Shown: positions 41,892 to 55,121, counted from the first letter of the stretch. The stretch is DNA of 64,000 nt from Terriglobia bacterium (GCA_963748015.1 CAVVHE010000008.1:222070-286069); one strand, 5' to 3'. The notes: generated by a model not told the origin, from the sequence alone. Numbers and translations: made by a program.

Positions 41892-42643
41892 TCCCCGAAA
41901 CGGGCGACCTGCGCCTCGAGGAGCGGCTTCGCGCGACCGGCGAGCACCATCTCTCGCTGCTCCACCGCGGCGAGGGAGGACGGCTCGGCGCGGCGATCGC
42001 GGCCGCGGTGGCGATCCACGCCGCGGCGTTCCTGATCCCGTTCCCCGAGGCCGGATCGAGCCGCTCTCCGGCGCCGCGTCCCGCCGTTCGCAAGGCGGTC
42101 GAGGCACAGGCGGTGGTTCCCGGGCCGCCGGAGCTCCCGCGCGCGGCTCCTCCGGCCCGCGAGGCTCCGGGGACCCCGGCCGTCGCCGCGGTCCGGCCCG
42201 CTTCCATTTCGCGGGCTCCGGCGCCGGCTCCGCTGCCCGACGTGCTCGAGCCGCTCGTGGAGTCCGAGCAGGAGATGGCGCCGGACGAACTCCCCTCGGA
42301 TGTCGCGATTCTCCTCGGCGCCCCCGAGCCGCCGCCGGCGGGCCCGTCGCCGGTCGAGACCGGGGTCGCGACGGCTCCGGAGCTGATCCCGGAGTCCCGC
42401 GTCCGGCCGGTCTTCCCTCAGCGCGCGCGCCAGCTCGGCGTCTCCGGCACCGTCCTTCTCGGCGTCGGCGTTCTCGCCGACGGCACCGTCGGCGCGATCG
42501 CGGTGCTGCGCTGCACGCCGCCCGACGTCGGCTTCTGCCAGTCGGCCGTGAGGGCGGTGAAGCGCTGGCGCTACCGCCCGGCCCTGCACGACGGGAGGCC
42601 GGTGCAGACGTACGTCACCGTGCAAGTGGACTTCGTGCCATGA
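41888..42643 (+). CDS. tonB: TonB-family energy transducer (Pro-rich spacer + TonB C-terminal domain)
   Basis: The start shows a GTGA overlap. A Pro/Ala-rich middle region is present. The C-terminus is PVFPQRARQLGVSGTVLLGVGVLADGTV...RWRYRPALHDGRPV. Confidence 0.7.
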   Translation: MIPETGDLRLEERLRATGEHHLSLLHRGEGGRLGAAIAAAVAIHAAAFLIPFPEAGSSRSPAPRPAVRKAVEAQAVVPGPPELPRAAPPAREAPGTPAVAAVRPASISRAPAPAPLPDVLEPLVESEQEMAPDELPSDVAILLGAPEPPPAGPSPVETGVATAPELIPESRVRPVFPQRARQLGVSGTVLLGVGVLADGTVGAIAVLRCTPPDVGFCQSAVRAVKRWRYRPALHDGRPVQTYVTVQVDFVP

Positions 42644-43713
42644 AGGGACGCCGACTCGTCCTGCTCGCGGCGATTGCGGCGCCGCTCCTCCTCGCCGGCG
42701 GGACGGCGCGCGCGGATTTCGACCAGGCGATCGGGTACTTCAAGGCGGGGAAGTTCCTCGAGGCCGCGGCCCAGTTCCAGGGGATGGTGGATGCGGCTCC
42801 GGGATACGACTACGGCCAGTACATGCTGGGACACTGCCTGCTTCGCATCGGACGTCCTGCGGACGCGGAGCTCCATTTCCGCAAGGCGATCGAGCTTCGC
42901 GGCGACAAGCCGGAGTACCGCCACGGTCTCGCGGTGGCGCTCAAGGACCAGCGCCGCTACGGAATGGCCGTCGCCGTGCTCTCGGACAGGACGCCGCTGG
43001 TGCACGACCCGCGGACCGCGTACGCCTTCCTCGCGCTGCGGGGATACCTCTTTGCGGCGCTGAGGCGCTGGCCGGACGCCGCGGGCGACCTCGAGCGGGC
43101 GGTATCGCTCAAGCGGGATCCGACGCTCCTGGTCCTCCTGGGGAAGTCGTACTTCTCCCTCGGGCGCTACGACCGCGCGGCGGCGGCGTTCGCTGCGGCG
43201 ATCGACGGGGTTCCCGGCGACCCGCAGCCGGTGCGGCTGCTCTCGGAGTCGCTCCTGCAGCTGGCCGCCGCTACTCCCGCCCCCGCGAGAAAGAAGGCGC
43301 TCTACTCGAACGCCATGGAAATCGCGGAGCGGCTGCGGCAGCTCACCCCGGACGATCTGGAGGCGATGGCCGTCCTCGGCCGCGCCGCGCTGGGAGCCGG
43401 GCAGTACACGGTGGCCGAGGGGGCCTTTCGGACGGTGCTCGCCTCCCGTCCCGGAGCGTGCCACACGATGGTCAACCTCTCGCGGGCCCTCGTCGCGCAG
43501 GACCGCACCCGCGAGGCGGAGCAGACGCTCGGCGACGCCTCGAGGTGCGCCCCGACGATGCCGGAGGTCCACGAGGGGCTCGGCCGCGTGTACTACCGGC
43601 AGCAGAGGTTCTCCCTGGCGCTCGAGGCGTTCCGGCGGGCCAACGAAATCCAGCCGTCCAGCGCGGCACGCTCCGGCATCGAGGCGGTCCAGGCCAAGCT
43701 CGACGGCCGCTGA
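42640..43713 (+). CDS. Secreted tetratricopeptide-repeat protein
   Basis: The start shows an ATGA overlap with tonB, and a signal peptide is present. Several TPR-like A..F..A helix pairs are visible. Confidence 0.65.
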   Translation: MKGRRLVLLAAIAAPLLLAGGTARADFDQAIGYFKAGKFLEAAAQFQGMVDAAPGYDYGQYMLGHCLLRIGRPADAELHFRKAIELRGDKPEYRHGLAVALKDQRRYGMAVAVLSDRTPLVHDPRTAYAFLALRGYLFAALRRWPDAAGDLERAVSLKRDPTLLVLLGKSYFSLGRYDRAAAAFAAAIDGVPGDPQPVRLLSESLLQLAAATPAPARKKALYSNAMEIAERLRQLTPDDLEAMAVLGRAALGAGQYTVAEGAFRTVLASRPGACHTMVNLSRALVAQDRTREAEQTLGDASRCAPTMPEVHEGLGRVYYRQQRFSLALEAFRRANEIQPSSAARSGIEAVQAKLDGR

Positions 43714-43791
43714 CCTTCGCGCCGAGGCCTCCGGGACGGCGCGCCGATCGTTCCAACCCTATGACGCGGCGAGGCTTTTCCCCGAGTCGCA

Positions 43792-43821
43792 TTGACACTT
43801 TTTCGAGCGCTGTGTTAGAGT
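43792..43821 (+). promoter_or_regulatory. Candidate sigma70-type promoter of the nuo operon (TTGACA - 18 nt - TAGAGT, TG at the extended -10 position)
   Basis: The hexamers were read directly, about 105 nt upstream of the nuoA GTG. Confidence 0.4.
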
Positions 43822-43925
43822 CCCCGGCCCGGCTCCGCGAGATAAAAGGACGATCCTCGACGGTCTCTCCCCTCCGCGGGGAACGGCGCGTTGCGCCAGG
43901 AGACCAGCGGGCGGAGGAGAGCCTC

Positions 43926-44294
43926 GTGAGCGACAGCCTGGTGCCGGTTTTCCTCGCCCTGGTCGCGGCGGTGGCGATCGCCGGGGCATTCCTGCTCCTC
44001 TCCCACCTCCTCGGCCGGCCGAAGAAGTCCCTGGTGGACCGCGCGCCCTACGAGTGCGGCTCGCGGCCGTTCGCCCCCGCGCAGTCGCACCGCTACTCCG
44101 TCAAGTTCTACCTCGTCGCGATGCTCTTCATCCTGTTCGACATCGAGGCGGCGTTCCTCTATCCCTGGGCGGTGACGTTCCGCGGCTTCGCGGACGACAA
44201 GCTCTTCGTGCTCGGCGAGATGGCGGTCTTCCTCGGGATCCTCGTGATCGGGTTCGTCTACGTCTGGCGCCGCGGCGCCCTCGAGTGGGACTGA
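43926..44294 (+). CDS. nuoA: NADH-quinone oxidoreductase subunit A
   Basis: The start is a GTG with GGAGGAG upstream. YECG...FYLVAMLFILFDIEAAFLYPWA is typical of NuoA. Confidence 0.85.
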   Translation: MSDSLVPVFLALVAAVAIAGAFLLLSHLLGRPKKSLVDRAPYECGSRPFAPAQSHRYSVKFYLVAMLFILFDIEAAFLYPWAVTFRGFADDKLFVLGEMAVFLGILVIGFVYVWRRGALEWD

Positions 44295-44297
44295 GCC

Positions 44298-44756
44298 ATG
44301 GCCGACGGGGCGAAGGCCGTCGACGGCATCCGGGCGAAGTTCCCCGGCGCGCTGGCCGGCGCGGGGGAGTTCCGCGATCAGCACTGGGCGGTCGTGCGGC
44401 GGGAGAGCCTGCAGGAGGTCTGCCGCTGGCTGCGCGACGACCGCGAGACGGCGTACGACCTCCTTCTCGACGCGACCGCGACCCACTGGCCCGACGACCC
44501 CGAGCCGTTCGAGCTGGTCTATCACCTCTACAGCACGTCGCGGAACGACCGGCTGCGGCTCAAGGTCCGCCTGCGCGAAGGAGAGGCGGTCCCGACGCTC
44601 TCGGGCCTCTGGGCGTCGGCCGACTGGAACGAGCGGGAGACCTACGACATGTTCGGGATCGCCTTCGAGGGACATCCCGACCTGCGACGCATCCTGATGC
44701 CCGACGACTACACGGATTTCCCGCTCCGCAAGGAGTTCCCGCTCTACCGCGGGTAA
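44298..44756 (+). CDS. nuoC: NADH-quinone oxidoreductase subunit C
   Basis: LVYHLYS...[29 protein letters not shown] is typical of NuoC. The gene starts 3 nt after the nuoA stop, so no nuoB lies between them. Confidence 0.85.
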   Translation: MADGAKAVDGIRAKFPGALAGAGEFRDQHWAVVRRESLQEVCRWLRDDRETAYDLLLDATATHWPDDPEPFELVYHLYSTSRNDRLRLKVRLREGEAVPTLSGLWASADWNERETYDMFGIAFEGHPDLRRILMPDDYTDFPLRKEFPLYRG

Positions 44757-44778
44757 GCGCGGACGCGCCGGACGGATC

Positions 44779-45976
44779 ATGGCAGCGACCTTCGATCGAT
44801 CGGAAGAGCATCCCGACATCGTCACGCTCAACATGGGGCCGTCGCACCCGGCCACCCACGGCGTGCTGAGGATCGTGCTGCGCCTCGACGGAGAGAGGGT
44901 GGTCACGGCCGTGCCCCACATCGGCTACCTCCACCGGGGCATGGAGAAGATCGCCGAGAACCGGACCTACCTCCAGTTCATCCCGTACACCGACCGGATG
45001 GACTACCTGAGCCCGCTGGCCGCGAACGTCGGCTTCGCGCTCGCCATCGAGGCGCTCCTCGGCATCCGGGTGCCGCCTCGCTGCGAGGTCATCCGCGTCC
45101 TCTGCTGCGAGCTGGCGCGGGTCGGCTCCCACCAGGTCTGGCTGGGAACGCACGCCCTCGACCTCGGCGCCGGGACGGTGTTCTTTCACACCTTCCGCGA
45201 CCGCGAGTGGCACTACGACCTGATCGAGGACCTGACGGGCGCCCGGCTGACGACCTCCTTCACGCGGGTCGGCGGCGTGGCGCGCGACGTGGACCGGGCC
45301 TGGCTGGGCAGGCTTCGCGAGTTCGTGGACGCGATGCCGCGCCGGATCGACGAGTACGAGTCGCTATTGACCAAGAACGCGATCTGGCTCGAGAGGACGC
45401 GCGGCGTCGGGGTGCTGCGCGCCGCGGATGCGATCGCCTACGGGGTCACGGGCCCCGTGCTCCGCGGGTCCGGCGTCGAGTACGACGTCCGCAAGGCGCG
45501 CCCGTACTCCGGCTACGAGCAGTACGACTTCGAGGTCCCGGTGGGGACGGAAGGGGACATCTACGATCGCTACCTCGTCCGGATCGAGGAGATGCGGCAG
45601 TCGGTCCGCATCCTCGACCAGGCGCTCCGGAACCTCCCCGACGGTCCGGTGAACGTGGACGACCCCAAGATCTTCCCTCCCCCGAAGCAGAAGGTCCTCA
45701 CCAGCATGGAGGAGCTGATCCACCAGTTCATGCTGGTCACCGAGGGATTCGAGTGCCCGGCCGGGCGAGGTGTTCCACTCGACCGAGGTCCCCAAGGGCG
45801 AGCTGGGGTTCTACGTGATCTCGACCGGAGGGAAGTCGCCCTACCGCCTCAGGATCCGGTCCCCGAGCTTCAACAACCTGTCCACGATGCCCATCCTCTG
45901 CGAGGGGGGGCTCGTGGCGGACGTGATCGCGAACATCGGCAGCCTCGATCCCGTGCTGGGCGAGGTGGACCGCTGA
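44779..45976 (+). CDS. nuoD: NADH-quinone oxidoreductase subunit D (one frameshift at 45766 as assembled)
   Basis: [18 protein letters not shown]...GYLHRGMEK comes from ORF 44779. The C-terminus [17 protein letters not shown]...RSPSFNNL comes from ORF 45770..45976. Confidence 0.9.
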
Positions 45977-45998
45977 TCGAGCCATCTCCGGAGTAGGC

Positions 45999-46464
45999 AT
46001 GCTGGGTCCCGAGTTCGAGGCGAAGGTGAACGCGGTGGTCGCGCGCTACCCGGAGCCGCAGGCCGCCCTTCTTCCCGATCCTCTGGCTCGTCCAGAGGAC
46101 GAAGGGATGGGTGGACCTCGACTCCGAGGCGTGGATCGCGAGCCGCCTCGGCGTGAGCCCGGCGCACGTGCACGGGGTCGTGACCTTCTACACGATGTAC
46201 AAGCGCCGCCCCTGGGGGAAGTACCACATCCAGGTCTGCACCACGCTCTCGTGCATGCTCCGCGGCTCCGACGACCTGATGGCGCACCTCGAGAAGCGGC
46301 TCGGGATCAAGCCCGGGCAGACCAGCCCCGACGGGCGCTTCTCCCTGATCAAGGTCGAGTGCCTCGGATCCTGCGGCACGGCGCCGATGCTCCAGCTCAA
46401 CGACGACTACCACGAGAACCTGACGATCGAGAGCCTCGACCGGTTGCTCGACGGCCTCCCCTGA
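45999..46464 (+). CDS. nuoE: NADH-quinone oxidoreductase subunit E (one frameshift at 46077 as assembled)
   Basis: The N-terminus comes from ORF 45999. The remainder comes from ORF 46111..46464, with 2Fe-2S motifs ([21 protein letters not shown]). Confidence 0.85.
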
Positions 46465-46474
46465 CGGAGATCGG

Positions 46475-47741
46475 ATGGAACGGATCCTGACCCGCAACGT
46501 GGACAAGGAGGCCTCCCACACGCTCGCCGTGTACGAGGCGGGGGGGGGCTACCGGGCGTTCCGCAGCGTGCTGCGCTCGACGACCCCCGACGGGGTCACG
46601 GACCTGGTCAAGAAGTCCGGCCTTCGCGGGCGCGGCGGCGCCGGGTTCCCGACGGGGCTCAAGTGGTCCTTCATGCCGAAGGAATCGCCGAAGCCGAAGT
46701 ACCTGATCTGCAACGCCGACGAGTCGGAGCCCGGGACCTTCAAGGACCGCGTGCTGCTCGAGCGCGACCCGCACCTCGTCCTCGAGGGATGCCTGATCTC
46801 CGCGTTCGCGATGTCGGCGCGGGCGGCGTTCGTCTACATCCGCGGCGAGTACGTGTTCGCCTCGCGGATCCTCGAGCAGGCGATCGCCGAGGCGTACGCC
46901 GCCGGTCTCGCCGGGAAGAACATCCTCGGCAGCGGCTTCGACTGCGACCTCGTGCTCCACGTCGGCGCGGGCGCCTACATCTGCGGCGAGGAGACCTCGC
47001 TGATGAGCTCCCTCGAGGGGAACCGCGGCTACCCGAGGCTCAAGCCGCCGTTCCCCGCGCAGGCGGGTCTCTGGGGCTGTCCCACCACGATCAACAACGT
47101 CGAGACCCTGGCGAACGTGCCGTTCATCGTCGAGCGCGGAGCCGGACTGGTTCCTCTCGATCGGCAAGCCGCCGAAGAACACCGGCCCGAAGCTGTACGC
47201 GCTGAGCGGCCACGTGAAGCGCCCGGGCGTGTACGAGGGGCCGATGGGCCTCCCGCTCCGCGAGCTGATCTACGAGCTCGGCGGCGGGATGCTGCGCGAC
47301 GACCGGCCGCTCAAGGCCGTGATCCCCGGCGGGTCGTCGGTCCCGGTGCTCACCGCGGACGAGTGCGAGGTGGATCTCGACTTCGACTCGCTGGCGGCCA
47401 AGGGGAGCATGCTCGGCTCCGCCGGCGTGATCGTGATGGACAGCTCGACGTGCATGGTGAAGGCGATCGAGCGCCTCGCGCACTTCTACGCGCACGAGTC
47501 CTGCGGCCAGTGCACCCCCTGCCGCGAGGGGTGCGGCTGGATGGAGCGGATCCTCTCCCGGATCGAGCGCGGCGGCGGGCGGCAGGAGGACATGGACCTG
47601 CTCGCGGACATCGCCTCGAACATCCTGGGGAACACCATCTGCCCGCTCGGGGACGCGGCAGCCATGCCCGTGGCCTCGTTCGTGACCAAGTTCCGGCCCG
47701 AATTCCAGTACCACGTGGACCACAAGAAGTGCATGGTGTGA
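46475..47741 (+). CDS. nuoF: NADH-quinone oxidoreductase subunit F (one frameshift at 47144 as assembled)
   Basis: [16 protein letters not shown]...[14 protein letters not shown]...YICGEETSL comes from the first frame. [12 protein letters not shown] comes from ORF 47214..47741. Confidence 0.9.
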
Positions 47742-47742
47742 G

Positions 47743-49328
47743 ATGCCGAAGCTGATCCTGGACGGCGAGGAGATCGAGGTCGCGCCGGGGACGACGGTCC
47801 TCGCGGCGGCGGTCTCCCGCGGCCGCGAGATACCGCACTACTGCTGGCACCCCGGGCTCTCCATCTCCGGCAACTGCCGGATGTGCCTGGTGGAGGTCGA
47901 GAAGGCCCCGAAGCTCGTGATCGCGTGCTCGACGCCGGTGGCCGACGGGATGGTGGTCCGCACGGAGACCGACCGGGTGAAGAAGGCCCGGGAGGCGATG
48001 ATGGAGTTCTTCCTCATCAACCACCCGCTCGACTGCCCGATCTGCGACCAGGCGGGGGAGTGCCGCCTGCAGGAGTACGCGGTCGAGCACGGGACCGGGA
48101 AGAGCCGCTTCGTCGAGACGAAGCTCAACCTGAGCAAGTCGGTGGACATCGGCCCGCACGTCCTCCTCGACCAGGAGCGGTGCATCCAGTGCAGCCGGTG
48201 CATCCGCTTCTGCAACGAGGTCACCGGAACGTCCGAGCTGGCCTTCTTCAACCGCGGCGAGCGGACCGTGATCGGGATCTACCCGGGGCGCCCGCTCGAC
48301 AACGCCTACTCCGGGAACGTCGTGGACATCTGCCCCGTGGGTGCCTTGACCCTCAAGGAGTTCCGCTTCGAGACGCGGGTGTGGTACCTCAAGAACACCC
48401 CGTCCGTCTGCGCCGCCTGCGCCCGCGGCTGCAACGTGCTCGTCGCCGTCGGTCAGAAGCAGGTCCAGATGACGTCGCCGGGACAGCTCGACGACCGGAT
48501 CAAGCGGATCGTCCCCCGCCCGAACGAGGACGTGAACGGGCACTGGATGTGCGACGAGGGGCGGCTCTCGTACCGTCGCCTCGCGGCCGCCCCGCGGCTC
48601 GCGACCGCCGAGGCCCCGGCCGGGACGCCTTCGGACTGGGACGCCGCCATAGGTTCGGCGGGGGCGCTCCTCGCCGGCGCGGCAGGGAAGGGACGCCTCG
48701 CGGCGATCCTGTCCCCCGCCTCACGTCGGAGGACCTGTTCGCGTGGCGCAGGCTGCTCGGCGCGCTCGGCGGCGCCCGGATCGGCGTTCGCCGGCTCGCG
48801 CGCGGCGAGGACGACGCGCTCCTGGTCCGCGCCGACAAGGGCGCGAACTCGAAGGGGGCGTCCTGGATCCTCGGCGACGACGCGACCGAGACGGCGATCC
48901 TCGCCGCCGCGGGGCGCGGCGAGGTGGACACGCTGCTCGTGGCCGGCGACCCGCTGGATCCGGCGGACACCGCGGTGCTCGAGCCCGCGGCGCGCTCGCG
49001 CGTGGCGCACGTCGTCTTCGTCGGACCGTTCGTCTCCGGCGCGGCCGCCGGCGCAGACGTGCTGCTCCCGTCCTCGGCCTGGGCCGAGGAGGACGGCACC
49101 TTCGTCAACTTCGAGGGGCGCGTGCAGCGCGTAGGGCGTTGCCACCTCCCGCGCGGCGAGGGGCGGCCGGGCTGGCGCGTGGCGGCGGACCTCGGTCTCG
49201 CGGCGGGCGTGACGATGCCGCAGTGGACCTCGGCGGACGAGATCCTTGCCACGCTCGCCGCGGTGTGCAAACCATTCGAGGGGCTGACCCCCTCGGCGAT
49301 CGGCCTCCTGGGCGTGTCGCGAGGGTGA
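47743..49328 (+). CDS. nuoG: NADH-quinone oxidoreductase subunit G (one frameshift in the C5 run 48713-48717 as assembled)
   Basis: The 2Fe-2S and 4Fe-4S motifs are present ([46 protein letters not shown]). The C-terminal part continues in the frame of ORF 47883..49328. Confidence 0.9.
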
Positions 49329-49329
49329 C

Positions 49330-50379
49330 GTGAGCGATCTCCTGTTCAACGTGCTGATCACCGCAGCCAAGCTCGCCATCGCGATCGGCGGCCTGTTCGG
49401 CGTGGTCGTGATCATGGAGTGGATCGAGCGGCGGCTGTCGGCGCTCATCCAGTTCCGCTGGGGCCCGAACCGCGTCGGCCCCTTCGGCCTGTTCCAGCCG
49501 GTCGCGGACGGCATCAAGTTCCTCTGGAAGCAGGAGCTGTTCCCCGCCGAGGCGCACAAGCCGGCGTTCCTCCTCGCCCCGGCGATGGCGCTGATCCCCG
49601 CCCTCTTCGCGTTCACCGTGATCCCGTTCGGCCCGACGGTCGAGATCTTCGGCCACAAGGTCGCGCTCGCGGTCCTCGACCTCGACGGCGGGATCCTCTT
49701 CGCGTTCGCGGCGAGCTCCCTCGGGGTCCTCGGCATCGTCACCGCGGGCTGGGCCTCGCGGAACAAGTACGCGCTGATGGGCGGCCTGAGGTCGTCGGCG
49801 CAGATGATCTCCTACGAGCTGGCGATGGTCCTCTCGGTGATCGGCGTGCTGCTCGTGTCCGGCACGCTGCGGCCGACCGCGATCGTGGAGCGGCAGTCGG
49901 GCTGGTTCTGGAACTGGAACGCCTTCGCGGGCGGCTGGCAGTTCCTCGGCTTCCTGATCTTCCTGATCGCGGGGTTCGCGGAGACGAACCGGCTGCCGTT
50001 CGACCTCCCCGAGGCCGAGTCGGAGCTGGTCGCCGGATACCACACCGAGTACTCGTCCATCAAGTTCGCGATGTTCTTCATGGCCGAGTACATGAACATG
50101 GCCACCTCGTCCGCGCTGCTCGTCACGCTGTTCCTCGGCGGCTGGCAGCTCGGCTTCCCGGTGCCGCTCGCCGGCTGGCCGCTCTGGACGCTGCAGATCC
50201 TGGCGTTCTGCGCGAAGCTCGCGTTCTTCCAGGTCTTCTTCGTGTGGGTCCGCTGGACCCTCCCGAGGTTCCGCTACGACCAGCTCATGAGCCTCGGCTG
50301 GAAGGGGCTGTTCCCGCTGGCGCTGGCCAACCTGATGCTGACCGCCGTCCTGACCGCCTTCGGCCTGGTCAAGAGGTGA
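49330..50379 (+). CDS. nuoH: NADH-quinone oxidoreductase subunit H
   Basis: RWGPNRVGPFGLFQPVADGIKF...FAETNRLPFDLPEAESELVAGYHTEYS is typical of NuoH. Confidence 0.95.
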   Translation: MSDLLFNVLITAAKLAIAIGGLFGVVVIMEWIERRLSALIQFRWGPNRVGPFGLFQPVADGIKFLWKQELFPAEAHKPAFLLAPAMALIPALFAFTVIPFGPTVEIFGHKVALAVLDLDGGILFAFAASSLGVLGIVTAGWASRNKYALMGGLRSSAQMISYELAMVLSVIGVLLVSGTLRPTAIVERQSGWFWNWNAFAGGWQFLGFLIFLIAGFAETNRLPFDLPEAESELVAGYHTEYSSIKFAMFFMAEYMNMATSSALLVTLFLGGWQLGFPVPLAGWPLWTLQILAFCAKLAFFQVFFVWVRWTLPRFRYDQLMSLGWKGLFPLALANLMLTAVLTAFGLVKR

Positions 50380-50389
50380 GGGGAGAGCG

Positions 50390-50884
50390 ATGGAGCTGAT
50401 CGCCTTCTTCGTCCTCGCCGTCCTCGCGGTCGCGTCCGCGCTGGTGGTGATCACGCACCGCAACCCGGTGATCTCGGCGCTCGCGCTGGGCATCAACCTG
50501 ATCTCGATCGCGGGCTTCTACCTCGTGCTCAGGGCGCAGTTCCTCGCGCTCCTCCAGATCATCGTGTACGCCGGCGCGATCCTCGTGCTGATCGTGTTCG
50601 TGATCATGCTCCTGAACCTCAAGGACGAGGCGCGCCAGCGGGAATCGGGCTCGATCCAGCGCTGGCTCGGGCCGCTCCTCGCCCTGGCGTTCGCGGTGAT
50701 CCTCGGCCGCGCGATCGTCGCGGGGGCGGGTCTCGGGCTCAGCGCGGCGCGCCCCGGCTTCGGCACGGTGGAGGCGCTCGGGCGCGAGCTGTTCACCCGC
50801 TTCTACTATCCGTTCGAGGTCATCTCCCTCCTGCTGATCGTCGCCATGGTGGGAGCCGTGCTCCTCGCCAAGAGGAGGCTGTAA
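50390..50884 (+). CDS. nuoJ: NADH-quinone oxidoreductase subunit J
   Basis: [45 protein letters not shown] is typical of NuoJ. The gene starts 10 nt after the nuoH stop, so no nuoI lies between them. Confidence 0.85.
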   Translation: MELIAFFVLAVLAVASALVVITHRNPVISALALGINLISIAGFYLVLRAQFLALLQIIVYAGAILVLIVFVIMLLNLKDEARQRESGSIQRWLGPLLALAFAVILGRAIVAGAGLGLSAARPGFGTVEALGRELFTRFYYPFEVISLLLIVAMVGAVLLAKRRL

Positions 50885-50886
50885 TC

Positions 50887-51186
50887 GTGGAGCCCCGGCT
50901 GATCCTCGCGGTCTCGGCCGTGCTGTTCGCCATCGGCGTCCTCGGGGTGCTCCTGCGGCGGGGCGCGATCACGATCCTGATGAGCGTCGAGCTGATGCTC
51001 AACGCCGGCAATCTCGCGTTCGTCGCGTTCGCCCGCCAGCTCGGGCAGTCCGAGGGGCAGATCTACGCCTTCTTCGTCATGACGCTCGCGGCCGCCGAAG
51101 CCGCGGTCGGGCTCGCCATCGTCATCGCGCTGTTCCGCCTGCGCGGGACCACCGACGTGGACGAGATCCACCTCCTGAAGTGGTAG
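50887..51186 (+). CDS. nuoK: NADH-quinone oxidoreductase subunit K
   Basis: The 99-aa product has [19 protein letters not shown]...[17 protein letters not shown]. Confidence 0.9.
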   Translation: MEPRLILAVSAVLFAIGVLGVLLRRGAITILMSVELMLNAGNLAFVAFARQLGQSEGQIYAFFVMTLAAAEAAVGLAIVIALFRLRGTTDVDEIHLLKW

Positions 51187-51193
51187 GGCGCCC

Positions 51194-53167
<1,974 letters not shown>

Positions 53168-53173
53168 GCCTGA

Positions 53174-54631
53174 GTGATGGGTGACTTCAACCTGATGCCG
53201 GTTCTCCCGGTCCTGGCGCTGGCGGCGTTCGGCCTGCTCGCGCTCCTGTTCGCCCCCTCGCTGAAGGGCCAGTCGCGCGTCCTGGGCGGGATCTCGCTGC
53301 TCGGGGTCGCGGTCGCGGGGGCCGCGACCGCGAGGCTCTGGCAGGTCGCGGGCGGGGGAGACCCGATCGAGACGGCGGGCGGCATGGTCCGCGTGGACGG
53401 CATCGGGCTGTTCTTCGCGTCCCTCCTGCTCGGCATCGGCGCCCTCACGATCGTCGCGTCGCTCAGGTTCCTCGAGCGGGAGGAGGCGGACCACGCCGAG
53501 TTCTACCCTCTCGTGCTGTTCGCGCTGGCCGGCATGATCGCGATGGTGCAGACCACCCACCTCCTGATGGTGCTGATCGGCCTCGAGGTGTTCTCGCTGT
53601 CGCTGTACGTGCTCACGGGCTTGACGCGCGGCCGCGTGCGCTCGGTGGAGTCGGCGCTCAAGTACTTCCTCCTCGGGGCGTTCTCGTCCGGATTCCTCGT
53701 GTACGGGATGGCGCTCCTCTACGGGGCCGTCGGGTCGCTCGACATGCGCCGGATCGGCGCCGCGGCCGCGTCTTCGCCCTCCTCGATGCTCTGGATGGGG
53801 ATGGGGCTCGTGCTGATCGGCCTCGCGTTCAAGATCGGTGTGGTGCCGTTCCACCACTGGGTCCCGGACGTCTACGAGGGGGCGCCGACCAACGTCGCGG
53901 GGTTCATGGCGACCGCCACCAAGACGGCGGCGTTCGCCGTGCTGCTCCGGTTCCTCCTCGGGGCCTTCGCCGGGAACGAGGGGGCCTGGGTCCCGCTCGT
54001 GACGTGGCTCGCGATCCTGACCATGACCGTGGCCAACGTGGTCGCGCTCGCCCAGACGAACATCAAGCGGCTGCTCGCGTTCTCCTCGATCGGGCACGCC
54101 GGCTACCTGCTGATCGCGGTGGTCTGCCGCCCCGAGGACGGTGTCGAGGCGATCCTGTTCTACCTGACCTCCTACGCCTTCATGACGCTCGGCGCCTTCG
54201 CGGTCGCGTCCGCGGTGGGGCACGGGGACGCGAGGTCCGAGCCCGGCTACGATCTCCGCTCGTGGTCCGGCCTCGGCTGGCGGCGGAAGGGGCTCGGCAT
54301 CGCGATGTCGCTCTTCCTGTTCTCGCTGGCCGGGATCCCGCCGACCGGCGGCTTCCTCGGCAAGTACGTCATCTTCATGTCCGCGATGCACTCGCACCGG
54401 TACCTGCTCGCGGTCGTCGGCGTACTGAACGCGGTGGTGGCCGCGTACTACTATCTTCGCGTCGTCGTGACGATGTGGATGCGCGAGCCCGAGACCGACG
54501 AGGAGCCGCTTCCGGTCCCCGCGTCGCTCGCCGCGGTCCTCGCGGTCGCGGCGCTCGGCGTGCTCTACCTCGGCCTCGCCCCCGGCCGCCTGCTCGACCT
54601 GCTCGCCGGGCTCACGTCCGGATTGATCTGA
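53174..54631 (+). CDS. nuoN: NADH-quinone oxidoreductase subunit N
   Basis: LEVFSLSLYVL...KYFLLGAFSSG...FKIGVVPFHHWVPDVYEGAPT is the NuoN-type motif. The gene starts 6 nt after the nuoL stop, so no nuoM lies between them. Confidence 0.85.
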   Translation: MMGDFNLMPVLPVLALAAFGLLALLFAPSLKGQSRVLGGISLLGVAVAGAATARLWQVAGGGDPIETAGGMVRVDGIGLFFASLLLGIGALTIVASLRFLEREEADHAEFYPLVLFALAGMIAMVQTTHLLMVLIGLEVFSLSLYVLTGLTRGRVRSVESALKYFLLGAFSSGFLVYGMALLYGAVGSLDMRRIGAAAASSPSSMLWMGMGLVLIGLAFKIGVVPFHHWVPDVYEGAPTNVAGFMATATKTAAFAVLLRFLLGAFAGNEGAWVPLVTWLAILTMTVANVVALAQTNIKRLLAFSSIGHAGYLLIAVVCRPEDGVEAILFYLTSYAFMTLGAFAVASAVGHGDARSEPGYDLRSWSGLGWRRKGLGIAMSLFLFSLAGIPPTGGFLGKYVIFMSAMHSHRYLLAVVGVLNAVVAAYYYLRVVVTMWMREPETDEEPLPVPASLAAVLAVAALGVLYLGLAPGRLLDLLAGLTSGLI

Positions 54632-54659
54632 GAAGCTCTCCGAACCGTCTCCGCGGAGC

Positions 54660-55121
54660 GTGCGAATCGTGAAGCCTGCGGCCGGTTTCCCCCCGACCGT
54701 CGTGCGCGTGGACCTCGCCGCGAGGAGTCGCGATCACGTCCTGCGGCTGCTGGTCGCCGACCTTCGCGCGGCGGGAGCGGTGCGCGAGGAGGAGGAGCCG
54801 CTCCGCAAGCTGCTCGAGCGCGAGGAGGCCGCGACGACCGCCCTCGGCGGCGGCATCGCGCTGCCGCACGCGCGCACGGCGAGCTGCCCCGACCCGCGTC
54901 TCGCGGTCGCCCGGCTCGCGCCGGCGGTGGACTTCGGCGCGACCGACACGATCCCCGTCGACCTGGTCTTCCTGCTGCTCGGCCCGCCCGAGGCGCCGGG
55001 GGAGCACGTCAAGCTCCTCGCCCGGATCGCCAAGCTCGCGCAGCGCAAGAGCGTCCTCGCCGAGCTCCGCGGCGCGGCCGGCGAGCCGGAGTTCCGCGCG
55101 ATTCTCGACAGGGAGCTGTAG
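54660..55121 (+). CDS. PTS EIIA type-2 / PtsN-like regulatory protein
   Basis: The active-site region is GGGIALPHAR, with DLVFLLLGP. The product is 153 aa. Confidence 0.7.
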   Translation: MRIVKPAAGFPPTVVRVDLAARSRDHVLRLLVADLRAAGAVREEEEPLRKLLEREEAATTALGGGIALPHARTASCPDPRLAVARLAPAVDFGATDTIPVDLVFLLLGPPEAPGEHVKLLARIAKLAQRKSVLAELRGAAGEPEFRAILDREL

